Below are positions 1 through 13,118 of a stretch of DNA of 52,942 nt, piece after piece (within the stretch, counting starts at the first letter, position 1; every line of letters starts with the position of its first letter). The position numbers were made by a program, and so were the translations under genes. The notes beneath the pieces were generated by a model. It was not told the DNA's origin and searched no databases. It was given only the letters and a program-made list of their open reading frames with translations. The stretch comes from Catajapyx aquilonaris (taxonomy: Eukaryota), in assembly GCA_000934665.2 (NCBI GenBank), contig JYFJ02002669.1, forward strand, positions 1 through 52,942, written 5' to 3'.

Positions 1-112
1 TACAGATCGCCCGGGTTATTTGTACCCCCCCCCGGGGGGGTACAAATAACCCGGGCGATTTGTACCGGGGTGGGTACATTTCGCCCGGGGTACGTTTCGC
101 CCGTTACACCGG
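1..112. mobile_element. Probable terminus of a DNA transposon/MITE with a perfect hairpin
   Basis: 26-bp arms 6-31 and 34-59 are exact reverse complements (atcgcccgggttatttgtaccccccc). Further (t)cgcccggggtac-like subrepeats end in ttacaccgg at 112. The other end lies outside the window. Confidence 0.45.
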
Positions 113-423
113 GAATCTGGCAGCCAATGTCGGAGGAACAATACTAAATACCGTACCTACCAAGCATAAGGTTTTTTTATCTCAGTGAAATTCCCTATGC
201 ATATTGCATAACAATGTTGTGTCAGTGATGCGCAAGTCAAGCACAGGGAAAGACTTGAGTTTCTGTAGTGCTGGTTCTCAGGGAGTTACTCAGATTCTAC
301 AGAGAATTCGTCGTCACCTTATATATGGTTTGAGTCCGTGAGATTGGTGAGAATCATTTTAGTAACATCAGCCATAAAAGGGAATAACCACAAAGTACAA
401 AGACTAAAAGGAAGAAATCTAAT

Positions 424-608
424 ATCATTGGGTGCAGCAGCGCTTGGAGGATACTAATGTCTCTGTGAGCCATAGTTATGCTCTGCTGTGGGTTCTCGTC
501 GTGTTTGCATGTGTTTTCTTGGGGTTCTCCCGTTTCCTCCCACCACCAAAACGCCACTATACGATTACCAGATAGCCTTAGTTGCTTTGGCATAACCAAC
601 AAACTAAC
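424..608 (+). mobile_element. Degenerate SINE (V-/Meta-SINE-like central domain)
   Basis: gtgtttgcatgtg-ttttcttggggttctcccgtttcctcccaccaccaaaa resembles the conserved GGTTTTCTCCGGGT(A/G)CTCCGGTTTCCTCCCAC SINE core; short aac/caaa-rich tail. Confidence 0.45.
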
Positions 609-3600
609 AAACTTCTCCTCTGCAATGAGGTGTCCCCTTGGTATGTCCCAATTCTGCATTTTCAAGCAGGCCCTGAGGACGTCCACCTGATTCAGAGTCA
701 GCCTCTATGGGTAGTTATGAAGATATGCATCACAAGAGTTAGTCGGCGAGTCAGGTTCATCAACATTTTGACGCTCAGGTTTATTAACTGGCGAGTATTT
801 CGACATTGCTCTGTTGTTCTGGATTGTGACCTGTGAGTCTTTACAGTTGGTTTTACTACTGAAGTATTATCCATTTCATTACCAATATTAATGAACAAAG
901 CAAAATCAAATAGTGTGCCAAGCCAGATTTAGTAAGAAGAGTACGGTAACTTAAGAGGTTCGAAAGTGTTTTTCCATTTCGTAAATTTGCTTGGCAGGAA
1001 TAGGCCTTCTTAGTTAGTAGCGCTTCTTCCTTTTTAGCTTCTGTCTCCCTCGCTTGTTCCTACGGATGTGACCGTTCTTCCTGCTTTTCGGCTTCTGCCT
1101 TGTGGTCCTCTTTCGTCCCTTCACATACACCTTGTTTCTATCTTGTGACTCCATCGTCCTCGGCCGTCCTTTGTGCCCTCTCCATGCGAATCTTTATCAA
1201 GAGTAATAGAAAGCTAGAGTGATCCAACCTACCTACAAAAACGTCAATGAAAGCCAGATGTGCATCTCAAACACCTTGAAGGGGCACAGAAGTAAACTGC
1301 TTCCGGTTTAAAAATGACGCCTTTGAATACTTTGGTGCTGTCATGCGAATATGGCAGCCATCAGTGCACCCGATTACATTAGGAAAACATGCTACTCGAA
1401 TTTGTCTCACTTTTATTATTACTTTCTAAGGTAGTGAAAATGCCAATAATATGGAGAGGAAAACTTGGCTATTACCACCACTTAGTCTGCTTTTATAAGG
1501 TTATTATTGTAACATGTTGAAAATTCTAATCACACACCATAATGAGATGAAATTAGGTGCATGCGCGTCACCTTCGAAATAGGCAGTCCTCAATTTACAA
1601 TACAAATGTTTCATCTTCATCATCAGTCGGTATATGCTGTTGGCAGGTTGGGGGATTCTGATGATTCTGGTACATGTCGCATGACTAGTCCCATAGTCAG
1701 ACCTGACTATAGCTTGGGGAACATAGGTTCGTGAAATGATGCACACAATCCTGTCGCTGTCGCTGACGTTTGTTAAGTTCATAATTTGTGTATGAAGCCA
1801 GAAGCCACACTGCAGACCCAGTGTTTCGTTCATGCTGCAGATTGATTTCTGAAAATAGTGTTTGGATCACTGTAAGTTGAGTGGCTTGATCTGCCTGGCC
1901 CGCGCTATCCTTCCCTTGGAGAGAGCCACTTGAGGATTAATTTATTCAGAAAACACTGCAATTAAAACATTTCTGCATGATGCAGATGAATTATGCGCTG
2001 GAATCAAAGGCAATACACCGTCACCTTGTGATGTAATAAGGCATTTATGCAGGTCGATGCCTGCACATGTTGCAGTTGGATCATTATTCTTCATTTCTTG
2101 GCCTTACAAGTTCTGTGATAGGCCAGAACTTTTCCCTTGCAAATTATGTTCATTTTTTTTTCACAAAGTGAGTATGCTGGTGCTCCTCACATTATATGAA
2201 TTTGCAACGTTTCTGTTGGTGAATAGTAATGTCAAAACCTCTTAAATAACTTATAGCACTTAAGTGATGCAATATAAAACTATATTGTCTTGCCAGTTTT
2301 GGTAATGGTTACCATCCCTTCATTGCATTGGCTGCATTGACTACTGCTCTTTTCACGTGGCTTACCACGTCAGTCCGAACTTGCCGTATGTAACCTCTCT
2401 TCTAGATTGCATCCCCTGGTACTACTTCCGGCGATTGCTTCCATCAAGTATCTCCTGTATGGTGCGCCTCGTAGTCATTTTAACTGAAATCCTTTCCTCC
2501 CTTTTGCTCTATAAAAAATTGTATACAATTTCTATCTAGCCCTAAGACTAAAATAGATTGTTATAGCAATTTTTGTCTTAGAGCCACATAACAATGGGGG
2601 TATGTTGATTAGGAGTGACTTATGTCCTTCTTGCATAATTATGTCTCGGCGTGGTTAATTTTTGTGTTCCTTGCCTGATGTACTCGTATGAAGGCCTCAT
2701 TCAACAGTGTTTCACGGGATGAACTGGCGGAAGCTGCATCTTGTATAGCCGGATACTCTAACAGTGGTATCTCCGCTTCTTTAACGACAAATCTACAGTG
2801 AATATCTACAGTACAGTGTCTTGACGCTGGTTTTGTTAGCTGGGTGCGAAGGCTTCTTGCGCTCTTTTTGGAGGATTTCGTGCTGGATTTGGAAGGCGTT
2901 GAAGGCTGCGGCTTGCTCATGAATTTCCATGGACAAAAAAAAAAAAAGAGTCACATTTTGTTGCATAGTGTAATAATTATAATGAGGAATAGGGCATCAA
3001 ATTAATCTGTGCACATTTTAAGTGCAGTACTGTACTACAGTATTATATAATATCATAAGAATATCAGAATACATTATAGGTACATCTATAGGTGTGGTTG
3101 CTAGCTTCGCTTCCCCATGGCTGGTTTCCCTAACAGCGTGAATTTGCAGAAAGAAACGCAGCCGGTTTCGTTTAAGATGCTTTCTTCATGCTTTTTGTAA
3201 CCCAGCAGCGAGGCCTGGGCACAGACCTTTCTGCGGGTCATAAAGGATTGAAATGCGAGGCTGGTCTCCGGCCATGGTTCCAATGGCGCCTATTTGGCAA
3301 GATTCCGGCTCCTAGCGGATAAAGACAGTGAGAGTGGCTCATGTCCCGTCTCCTTGATGAGTAGCCATTGGCGGATTTTTTATTGTTGGGGCATATGAGG
3401 TAGTAGTGGGAGAGAATAGGGAGATATAGTCCTCTCTGATACGGGATCAAGTAAGTTTGTATAGTGGTGCTGCGTCCAGCAGACCACCGTGGAGATGATG
3501 ATGATGGCCAGCTCTCTCGCCACAAGGTTCCTTTCGATTAGCATTCCTGAGATCTGTAGCGGCTTCATCCCTGGGCAGTACAAGATTAAGCCACATAAGT

Positions 3601-3925
3601 CCCATCTTCTTTGAAATGGAACCCTGATTGGTCGACCGGTAGGGGGCAGGGCTAATTTATGGTTGCCCAGGACCACCTCCCAAAACCCTGAAGTTAGCCT
3701 ATCCCTACTGTAACTGCTTCAGTTACTATAATAATTATAGCAATGACATTGAGAAAATAGACCGCTTAATGGGCGGCCATCTGGAATCGAATTGAATGTC
3801 CGGCGCACAGACTTGGATTAATCCAGGTCGTGCTAATGGAAACTAAAAATCGATATTTTTAGATATATCTATCTGATAGTTATCAGAACTGACGCTTTCT
3901 GCATATTGTACGAGTATTTACTTTA

Positions 3926-4300
3926 TTAGTGGCGTATGCCGGCGGGGCGGCCTTCCAGACCCTTCCGTCGCCCTGGATCTGTAAGTTGGTATAGATCTTG
4001 TTCAAAGTTGATGAGGCCATTGGCAATGCATCTTGTCATGGCTTTCTTAGCATTGTTTTTGTTGTATGTCATCCCAGGTACGTCATTTATCATGGTCTTG
4101 ACGTAAACTTCCAAAGCGAGTCGAGTGAGGCCGCCTGCTACTGCCTGGCGGCCCATGGCCTCTACAATTGCATCTATGCCCGCCTGAGTTGCTTTCTTGG
4201 CTGCTATCCTGGTTACTGCTTGGAACGTCAGGCCCAGGCCCGCCGCCTGTGCCGCCGCATTGGCCCCTACCTCGGCGGCGCCCAGGGCTGATGCCACCAT
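3926..4300 (-). CDS. Intact small protein with a linker histone H1/H5 globular (H15 winged-helix) domain and no Lys-rich tail
   Basis: [26 protein letters not shown] aligns without gaps to the H1 pattern [40 protein letters not shown] matches helix 3 (IKLSIKRLVTTGVL), followed by wing-like YQLT. The stop TAA overlaps AATAAA. Confidence 0.6.
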   Translation of the reverse strand: [124 protein letters not shown]

Positions 4301-5048
4301 CAACTCGTAGGGCAGTCCGTGAAGTTGCTAAGGGTGGGCAAAGTGGTGAGATTTTAAAGTAGCAGTGACAGCGGTGACTGCTCCAAGAAAGTAGCAGTGA
4401 CAGTGACAGGGAACGGGTGGGGGGATGGTAGGGGTGTTCCTGATATGTCCCTGGTATAGTCCACAGAGATAAAGATACGTAGTATCTCTAGTACTAGAGA
4501 TGACGTATTGATGGAATCGGGCCGTCCAGGATGCGTACGCAGCTCGTCCATGACAGTGAGGGCAACATGGCCGCTACTCCCTGTATATCACATAGAGTTT
4601 AAACTTCCCTATTGAGACAGTAGCTTCCCTAGACTAGAGACGTTAAAATGTTCAAACCTGAATGTGTCAAATATTGCTGCATATTCATGTCTATACCCAT
4701 CGGTTATTTCCTGGTTTCATCAGTTCTGTACTGGTTGTGTTGGGTTGTCAAATATGGGTTTGCTTGTAACTCGCGATTTTCAGAAGAAACCAAATAAGAG
4801 GAAATGCATTTTCGTGGCAGATTTTTTGTTGTTGTTTAAACTCCGTAAAATTTTGCGAAATCAAATGTCATTTGTCCTTCGTCCAGTGCTACCTCAAGAA
4901 GGGCTTGAAAATTTACCTTTTTGGGGCCTGTCCAAAAATTATTATGGGTCATTTTAAATGTAAGTTACTTGCAGATGTCAGCGTTTACGGAAATATCGTA
5001 ATCATATCTAGTAACATTCAGTCACAATAATTGTTGCATGTTGTGTGG

Positions 5049-5278
5049 CAGGGGTCGAAGTTTGAAATTTTTGTCCAGATGCAAAGTTTGCAGTCCAGAC
5101 TTTAATCTGAAGTGCAAATCGCTTACTAGGGGTGATTAATTTTTAATTACTGGGTATTGCCATGTTTAAAAGCAGCTCAATTGGAGTGCAAACTTTGCAC
5201 TCCAAGGCTCAGTTTGGAGTGCAGATGACAATTTTGGAGTGAAAATTGCACCTTTGCATCCGAATATTTCGCACTTTG
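5049..5278. mobile_element. Possible small MITE with tgca/ggagtgca subterminal repeats
   Basis: Imperfect inverted ends caggggtcgaagt / atttcgcactttg, internal palindrome ggagtgcaaactttgcactcc and repeated ttggagtg motifs. No TSD seen. Confidence 0.3.
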
Positions 5279-8214
5279 ATCTCACTAGGCACATATTTTC
5301 AGATTAAGAGGTACCGGTATTCATCATAACTACGATTCAGGACAAGTGGCTTATTAATCCATAGGGATAGGTTGGGGAACGTCCACTGCCTATTCTCCTT
5401 GCCTCCGCTCGGCAAATAGTCCATAGGTGTGGTATGCTGATGTCTGGCATGGTGTGGTATGCTGATGACTAGAGTCCTTGGTCGTTGGGATAGGAGACAG
5501 ACTAAGAGAGATGCCAGTCTTTCCTCTCTTCTTTTTTTCTCTTCGTTTCTCTCTCCATCTGTCCCACCTTTGAATCTTCTTACAGCCAGATAGCCATAGT
5601 TGCTTTGGCTTCTTCCAAATAAACCAAACCAAACCAACTAGAGTCCTCCTGATTTTTAGGCAAATGCCTATATTTAGTTCCTGAACAATTGGGATCGTTT
5701 TGTGAAGATATATATCCGTTTCATAAGTGCCGGATGTGGAAAATGTCGGGTTTTTACACATGGCCGTGTCCAGTGTTGATTCATCTTCGAGCACGACAAC
5801 GTTTTCGAACATTTTTGTCCAACCACGGCCTCCGAGGCAATAAATCACGACACTTTTTCAGACCGTGGTGACAACAGTCACAGACTGGGTGAAAGACCCT
5901 CCTCCCTGTGGCTTACATGTCAACAGGATCGCTGCTAGTTGCGAATCGCAGCTATTGCGGGAAAATTTAATTGAACCAATCCGGTTACTATCGTTTCATT
6001 ATATGGGACACCAGGTGATGGCGTCACCTCTTCTTAATTGAGGTGAGATAACGCATTGTCATGTTTTACCTGAGCACGGATCAGCTAGATGAAAAAAGTG
6101 ACAACCAGTTATGATATGTATAATTATTCTAAGTGCATGTATCATGAACGAGAGGACAGCACGGACTATAGATGAGAGAAAAAAGTCCTATGGAACGGCT
6201 CTGCCTGTCTGTCTGTGGACAGGTATCAGACAGACAGACAGCCGTGATATAAGACTTTTTATTATTATTTTCGGGTTCCGGGTTCACTATATCCGCCCAT
6301 TCTCCCTGGTATGTAAAAGGCCCCTCGAGTGTTACAGCTATCGTATCAAAGGACGCAAACCATGATGAGGAAGAGGCTTAACAATCGACGGATATTCTTC
6401 ACGTGTGAGTGACACAGCACAGTTAGACTATCTAGTGTACTGTGCACGTACAGTGTATAGTCTTGATTATTTCCGCTGAACATCGGAATCAAACGTGTCA
6501 CTGTCAGATTCGTCGGAGCTGCTTCCTGCAGCATCTCTCTGCTGTTATTATTCAGCTGTAATCAATGAAGATAAATATTTTCCATGAAATTAGTATTTAA
6601 CATTTCATGTGAATCACAAAAGTGCTACCCTACCTGTCCGAATAGCTTGTAAGCTGCTCCCTCCGCAATCATATTTTCAGTATGAGGAAGAGATGTATGA
6701 GTAGATGAGAGGGCGTTTTAAAATCACTAACGCCAAATTTAATTATTACGTACTAAGACCTCTACGTCACTACATGTCAAATTTCAAATGAATCAATGGA
6801 TGACTAGCAAGTAGCTCAGGCATTTTTCCATGACCATGAGATATTTCCAGTTGTGATATTGCATTATAGATATTAATTTACCTGGATTTGTGTTTGATTA
6901 CACAAGGAGTGCTGCTTTCCAGCTGCCCTGTTGGTCGCGTATGGGTAAGGCTAACATAATAATTATGCAGCTGTAAATTAGGCCGTGTGGCGGTGATCAT
7001 AATTATAATTATTTCGGCTGTATTTTGACACTAATTTGCCAAGGTTTGTTGATGGCGCTGCTTGTAGTATGCGCTTGCTGCTTCCTTGTCCTTCTTCACT
7101 TACTTATCTCAGGAGATGTTGTCCCGCGAAAGGAGTTTGTTAAATGCTTTTCACACCTAGGGAAGAATGTTATTTTCCCCCAGAATCCTCTCTAGCACAT
7201 AAATTCGTCCTTTTGAAGATATTGTGCAGCCCAGAGGGGCAAACTAATAGTGATTGGTCGGGTGACCTACCTTTGTAAGCCTTTCAATTCCACAAAGGAA
7301 GCGTAATTGAGCAGTTCTATTGTGTAAATAATATTGGTGCTTTTGTACTATGTGCAAAAAAAAAAGAAGGCTTCCTGCAACAAGTACTCAGGTTTTAAGT
7401 TGATTTTCAGGCCATCTGCAGTTGTACGTCTCTCGACAAGGTCCAGCTATTCTGCACTTTTTCTTGGAATGCCTCTGGAAAGTGATAGATTAGACTTGTG
7501 CTTAGAGCAATCTTAAATTGTCTATTTGATGTGCTTGAGGAGGTATTATATTGTATTTATTTCCCTGCGGGCCCGTGGCCCTTTCAAGGGGACTCACACT
7601 CGCCTGCAACTGTCAATCTCCCAAAAACGAAAGGAAGAAAGAACATGTGCAACTTCCCCCTTCACAGACATTGTCAAGGCAACGTAACAAAAACTATTAT
7701 TTTTTATGACTGTAGCAAAGGTTTACTTGCACAGGGCGGCGAGGGGACTCTTCACCCTGGTGTTCACCCCAGCTCAAAAGTAGCTGGAAGTCTTAGGCCA
7801 CTTTCAGTGCAAATGGCTGAGTGCGTTTACGCAACATGTTCAGCGACAACTGCAAACTGTAATGTAATGTAAAAAGTGAAATGCATTAGAAAGGTTTTCC
7901 GAATCGCTTAGAGAATATCACCTTATCCTGAAAGTGCCTCCAGTTAACCGGATTCATACATGAGACAGCTGAGTGGCGCGGGAGGCAATGTATTTCCGAA
8001 ATTTCTTGTCAACTTTCTAGCATTTTATATGCAAGTAAATATAAGTTAATATTACAATACTGGCACCGAGTGTCAGGTGTACCATACTAGGTCGCATTCA
8101 TGAAGTTGTGTGGGGCGAAATCCACGATCAATTTTTCTGCTTTAACATGGTGTTGTGTCTTCTGCTCTACTTGGAAAGTGTTGTGGAGGGTGGTCACAAG
8201 GGAAAATAATGTAA

Positions 8215-8460
8215 TTATCTACCATGGTTGAGAAGAAACGGTGTTTCCCCTGTTGATTCTTGGACAGCGCCTCTATATGCCATTAACAATGAAGGCATTT
8301 CCGTCACCAAATTTCGTTGGTTACTCTCCACATAATGACTGACCATATCCACTAATGTTTTATTAAAACGCTTTACTAGGCCATTAGCCGCGGGATTGTA
8401 ATAATAAGCGGTTGTGTGTGGAGCTTTGACACTTAATAGTTTGTGTATCTCATCCATCAC
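8215..8460 (-). pseudogene. Gypsy-type integrase core fragment inside copy A
   Basis: TTAY..PAANGLVKRFNKTLVDM ... LLMAYRGAVQESTGETPFLLNHGR, the rve integrase C-terminal motif. Confidence 0.85.
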
Positions 8461-8559
8461 TGAAGCTTAATGACTCCATTTCGGCTGGTCCACTAATTGT
8501 CATCTGGATTTAGGTTTTCGCTGCCTTCCATCACTTCCAGAGTGCAGAGAATATACCGA

Positions 8560-8740
8560 GCTAGGTACTTGAGCTGCAGGTGGAAGGGCAGGGGGTGGCA
8601 ACTGGATGTGCAGTGCTTCGGAATGACAAGAGTCGTGCAAGCTGGCTTGTTCTTGTAGGAACCTAATAGTTTGGCACATGTCTGCATGTCTGTTTGGCCT
8701 CCCAGGAGTCGATCAGCAGCACAAAGTTTTCCTTCATATT
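8560..8740 (-). pseudogene. Tc4/Tc5-like (pogo-related) DDE transposase fragment inside copy A
   Basis: VLLIDSWGGQTD...TLVIPKHCTSSCHPL (CQPL in copy C) matches the LLxDSWxGQ...IPxxxT..CQPLD motif. Confidence 0.7.
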
Positions 8741-9084
8741 TTAGGCCTCCACATTATTGAGGAACTCCTCCACCAAAGTTTTCGACATTTTTCCGGAATG
8801 GCTGTAAGTTGGAGTAACATTGGGAGGTGTGTAAAGCGATTCCTTCACCTGTGGTCCAAAAAATCCGCCCATATCTGGTGCACGGTTATGTTAATTAATA
8901 TGGTTCTTATTGTTAATAAGTGAGGTTAACTTGCATCTCTTTCAATTCTGACTACCCCTTGATGATAGGAAAATGTTGTCATGATTATGATGATGATGAA
9001 TAGTCGCGTAATAACCTGCTGTACAAATTGTGTATCAAAAAAAATTGTCAAGTCACCAACAGTATGTGCATGCTTTGACATTAC

Positions 9085-9765
9085 CTGGCAAAATAAGTGA
9101 AGCCAGCAGCCCGATAGCCTGGCTGCCGGAAACACTGCGACCAAAGCCCCTTGAAGATATTCTCTCTGGATTCCAGTTGGATCCATTACTTCCTCGTACG
9201 TGATTTTTTAGGTAAAGCAGTACCCACATATATGTAGGATTCCATGGTTCTGTTGATCATCAGTACAAACACTGCTGGGAAAACCTGCAAGACATCATCA
9301 AAGATTAGATACGCAATGGAAATTATCATTAGAAAATCTCTGACAATAGTTAATCAGCATTTATTCTGTAATGACACAGGATTTTAATTTTTGTGCATGT
9401 GCAGCACTCAGAGTTCAATAACAACAACAACTCACATATCCACAGGTTGCAACAGCTACAGTGAGCAGCTGGTGATACATTCCTGGAACCGGTTGAAAGG
9501 TTCCATCGATATGGAGCTGAACATTGTCGCCTCTCAGCGCACTATCCACAACCTCTAGTGCCTGAAAATCCAACCACAGTTCTAATTGTTGTGAGGTAGA
9601 ACGGCCCCCCCCCCACCAGTGGTCATGTGGTACTGGGGCAGTTGTAGAAGTGCGGCTCCAAACTCTTCTGCATTTTGGGGCAGTGATGGCATGGCCCCCT
9701 TACGCCGCTTCTGCATGGCGCTTTCCAGTTGGGGAAAGCCAACAAGCACTGCAGCCTGTGGGTCC
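9085..9765 (-). pseudogene. Intron-containing MULE transposase fragment inside copy A
   Basis: Exons encode LHIDGTFQPVPGMYHQLLTV and VFPAVFVLM...VFPAARLSGCWLHLFCQ, bounded by GT..AG. Confidence 0.8.
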
Positions 9766-11391
9766 CTGCAAAACTACGAAGTGAAATTGCTGGTTGCGTT
9801 ATGGGCAAAAGAGAGTTCCTGTGCAAGGCAGCCACAAAATAATTATTATTGAGCATAGAAGAATCACACATATCATGCAATGCTACAACGTGGCACCAAT
9901 AAGAGTAAATAATACATTATTACATGCCGTACAGCAAGTATATTAAGTTACATCAGAGCTGAAATATATTCTTCACTACAGCCAGGCCATGAAGATTAAA
10001 ATTAATGTTAACGACTTGTACTCACCCAACAATATGTTCTTATCAGTCTTCTGACATTTTCTGACATTTTCTGATCCTGGCAAATGTACCAGTCAGTATA
10101 TATGCAATCATGTTTCATTCTGCTCCCAGTAGCAAAGGTCACGTGTTCACTGGAAACAATAATTAAACAATGACAATTGACGTGTGTGTTCACTGAGACA
10201 CTGCACTGAAAGAAAAAAGGCAACACCACTCGTCTTCAGCAAAGTTTAAAGCAAAGACAATGCAACTGCACAATTATCTTCGGTAATTCGAAGCCTAAGC
10301 CAGCACTTACGCGGCAGAACGCCACCTGGCCTCACCAACGGCTCTTCCTAGACAGCACGCGCCATTCTCTAGAATCACACGGACTTCAGTAATCGTGGCG
10401 GCTTCCAATGCAGGAATAATAGAGCTCCAGACATCCAGTCTCTCGTGTAAATGCAGATCAATGGAACCTGCCGACATCGAGTCTGTTATGTGAAATGTGG
10501 ATAATGATAATTTATTAAAATAAAATCTCCCATTTCCCCCCAAATTTATTCGCGTAATATTGCCCTGGCCTGTTTGTGGGCACTGCCTTACAGGATTTCC
10601 TGTCAATTACGACGTGCTTTCGGATGATTCAAAATCACCCTGCTGATGGATGACAGCGTGTGTTTACTTGTTTACATCTTTGCATGTTATATACAGTACA
10701 TTTCGAGCCACCTTCGCTGAAACATTGCTTGGAACTGTTTTATAAAGTGTAAATAAATTTCGATAACTTGTGTGCTAGGCCAGTACTCAAAAGCCTCATT
10801 CGCTCTAAGATCCAGTCATATTAGCGTCATATCCCATTCGCATTTTCTGCTCTATACTCTAATAGGATTATGTTACAAACGGTTCCAAAATTTGATGAAT
10901 CACCGAACTTGATGCAACAGTTGAATAATAATTGTAACCTTACAAACACTGGAGGGGCTCTGTGTACAATATTAATTTAATTAGTTACCCGACGAAGGAT
11001 CTTATGAATGTGAACCCAAACGACTTCATTGTAGTATATATATTCTATTTCAGGTAATTGTCGCTTAGTTGCCATCCAGTTGTTCTTAACTTTTACTTGA
11101 ACCACTACAGTGATATTCTAAGGGACTACTCTGTTTATTAAAGTAGCAGTTGTTGTGTTGATGTCTATGTCATTTAGTTTTTCCTATTAGGTTAAGAGGA
11201 AGAATTCTGGTGACTTCGAAGGTTATTTTGCTCTGTTATTCGGCAATATCAGGTAAATGAAATTGAACGTTTTTGCAGAACAGTCAAGCCGATAACATGG
11301 AAGGCTCTGTCTGTCTGTTCTATAAGACTTTTTTCTCGAAAAAGTCTACACTTGATCTAGTCCCGTCATCTCCGAGAACTCCTCTGATAGC

Positions 11392-13118
11392 TTTTTACAC
11401 ATGGCCGCGTCGTCGGGTGTTGTTACATCTTCCAGCACTACAACGTTTTCGAAAGTTTTTGTCCAACCACGGCCTCCGAGGCAATCTCAACACTTCTTCC
11501 AACCATACTGACAACCAGACCGTGGTCACAATGGTCACAAGAGTCACAGACTGGGTGAAAGAACCTACTCTCTGTGGCCTCCATGTCAACAGGATCACTG
11601 CTAGTTGTGAATCGCAGCTATTGCGGGAAAAATTTCATTGAGCCAATCCGGTTACTATCGTTTCATTATATGGGACACCAGGTGATGGCGTCACCCTTTT
11701 TAATTGAGGCGAGATAACGCATTGTCATGTTTTACCTGAGCACAGATCAGCTAGATGAAAAAAGTGACAACCAGTTATGATAGGTATAATTATTCTAAGT
11801 GCATGTATCATGAACGAGTGGACAGCACGGACTATAGATGAGAGAAAAAAGTCCTATGGAACGGCTCTGCCTGTCTGTCTGTGGACAGGTATCAGACAGA
11901 CAGACAGCCGTGCTATAAGACTTTTTATTATTATTTTCGGGTTCCGGGTTCACTATATCCGCCCATTCCCCCTGGTCTGTAAGAGGCCCCTAGAGTGTTA
12001 CAGGTATCGTATCAAAGGACGCAAACTATGATGACTATATTTCGGTTGTATTTTGACACCAATTTGCTAAGGTTTGTTGATGGCGCTGCTTGTAGTATGC
12101 GCTTGCTGCTTCCTTGTCCTTCTTCACTTACTTATCTCAGGAGATGCTGTCCCGCGAAAGGAGTTTGTTAAATGCTTTTCACACCTAGGGAAGAATGTTA
12201 TTTTACCCCAGAATGTTACTCCTCTCTAGCACATAAATTCGTCCTTTTGAAGATATTGTGCAGGCCACACAGGCAAACTAATAGTGTTTGCTCGGGTGAT
12301 CTACCTTTGTAAGCTATTCAATTCCACGAAGGAAGCGTAATTGACCAGTTCCATAGTGTAAATAATATTGGTAATAATGTATTATGCGCAAAAAAAAAGG
12401 TTTCCTGTAACAAGTACTCAGGTTTTAAGTTGATTTTCAGGCCACCTGCAGTTGTACGTCTCTCGACAAGGTCCAGCTATTCTGCACTTTTTCTTGGAAT
12501 GCCTCTGGAAAGTGATAGATTAGACTTGGGCTTAGAGCAATCTTAAATTGCTTATTTGATGTGCTTAAGGAGGTATTATATTGTATTTATTTCCCTGCGG
12601 GCCCGTGGCCCTTTCAAGGGGACTCACTCGCCTGCAACTGTCAATCTCCCAAAAACGAAAGGAAGGAAGAACATGTGCAACTCCCCCCTTCACAGACATT
12701 GTCAAGGCAACGTAACAAAAACTATTATTTTTTATGACTGTAGCAAAAGTTTACTTGCACAGGGCGGCGAGGGGACTCTTCACCCTGGTGTTCACCCCAG
12801 CTCAAAAGTAGCTGATAGTCTTATGCCTCTTTGAGTGCAAATGGCGGAGTGCGTTTACGCAACATTTTCAGCGACAACTGCAAACTGTTATGTAATGTAA
12901 AAAGTGAAATGCATTAGAAAGGTTTACCGAGTCTCTTAGAGCAAATCGCCTTATCCTGAAAGTGCCTCCAGTTAACAACCGGATTCATACATGAAACAGC
13001 TGAGTGCGGTGCAGAAGCCAAGATATTTCCCAAATTTCTTGACACAACTTTCTAGCATTTTATACAAGCAAATATAAGTTAATATTACGGTACTGGTACA
13101 GAGTGTCAAGTATACCAT
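11392..13118 (+). repeat. Composite repeat unit, copy B (internally deleted, truncated)
   Basis: Matches 5751-6368, jumps to ~7010 of copy A (lacks ~640 bp), and ends at the equivalent of ~8086. Confidence 0.95.

Larger units (their letters stand above)
5751..10142 (+). repeat. Composite repeat unit, copy A (longest)
   Basis: High by-eye identity to 11392-13118 (direct) and to 34039-37634 (inverted). Parallel ORFs in the track: 6111 vs 11777, 7498 vs 36308, 8215 vs 35623, 9623 vs 34212. Confidence 0.95.

Noticed and set aside
1500..2520. Decayed Sola-like transposase (AGIDLHKCL) on the minus strand
   Set aside because: A single weak motif among many stops; not enough to call.
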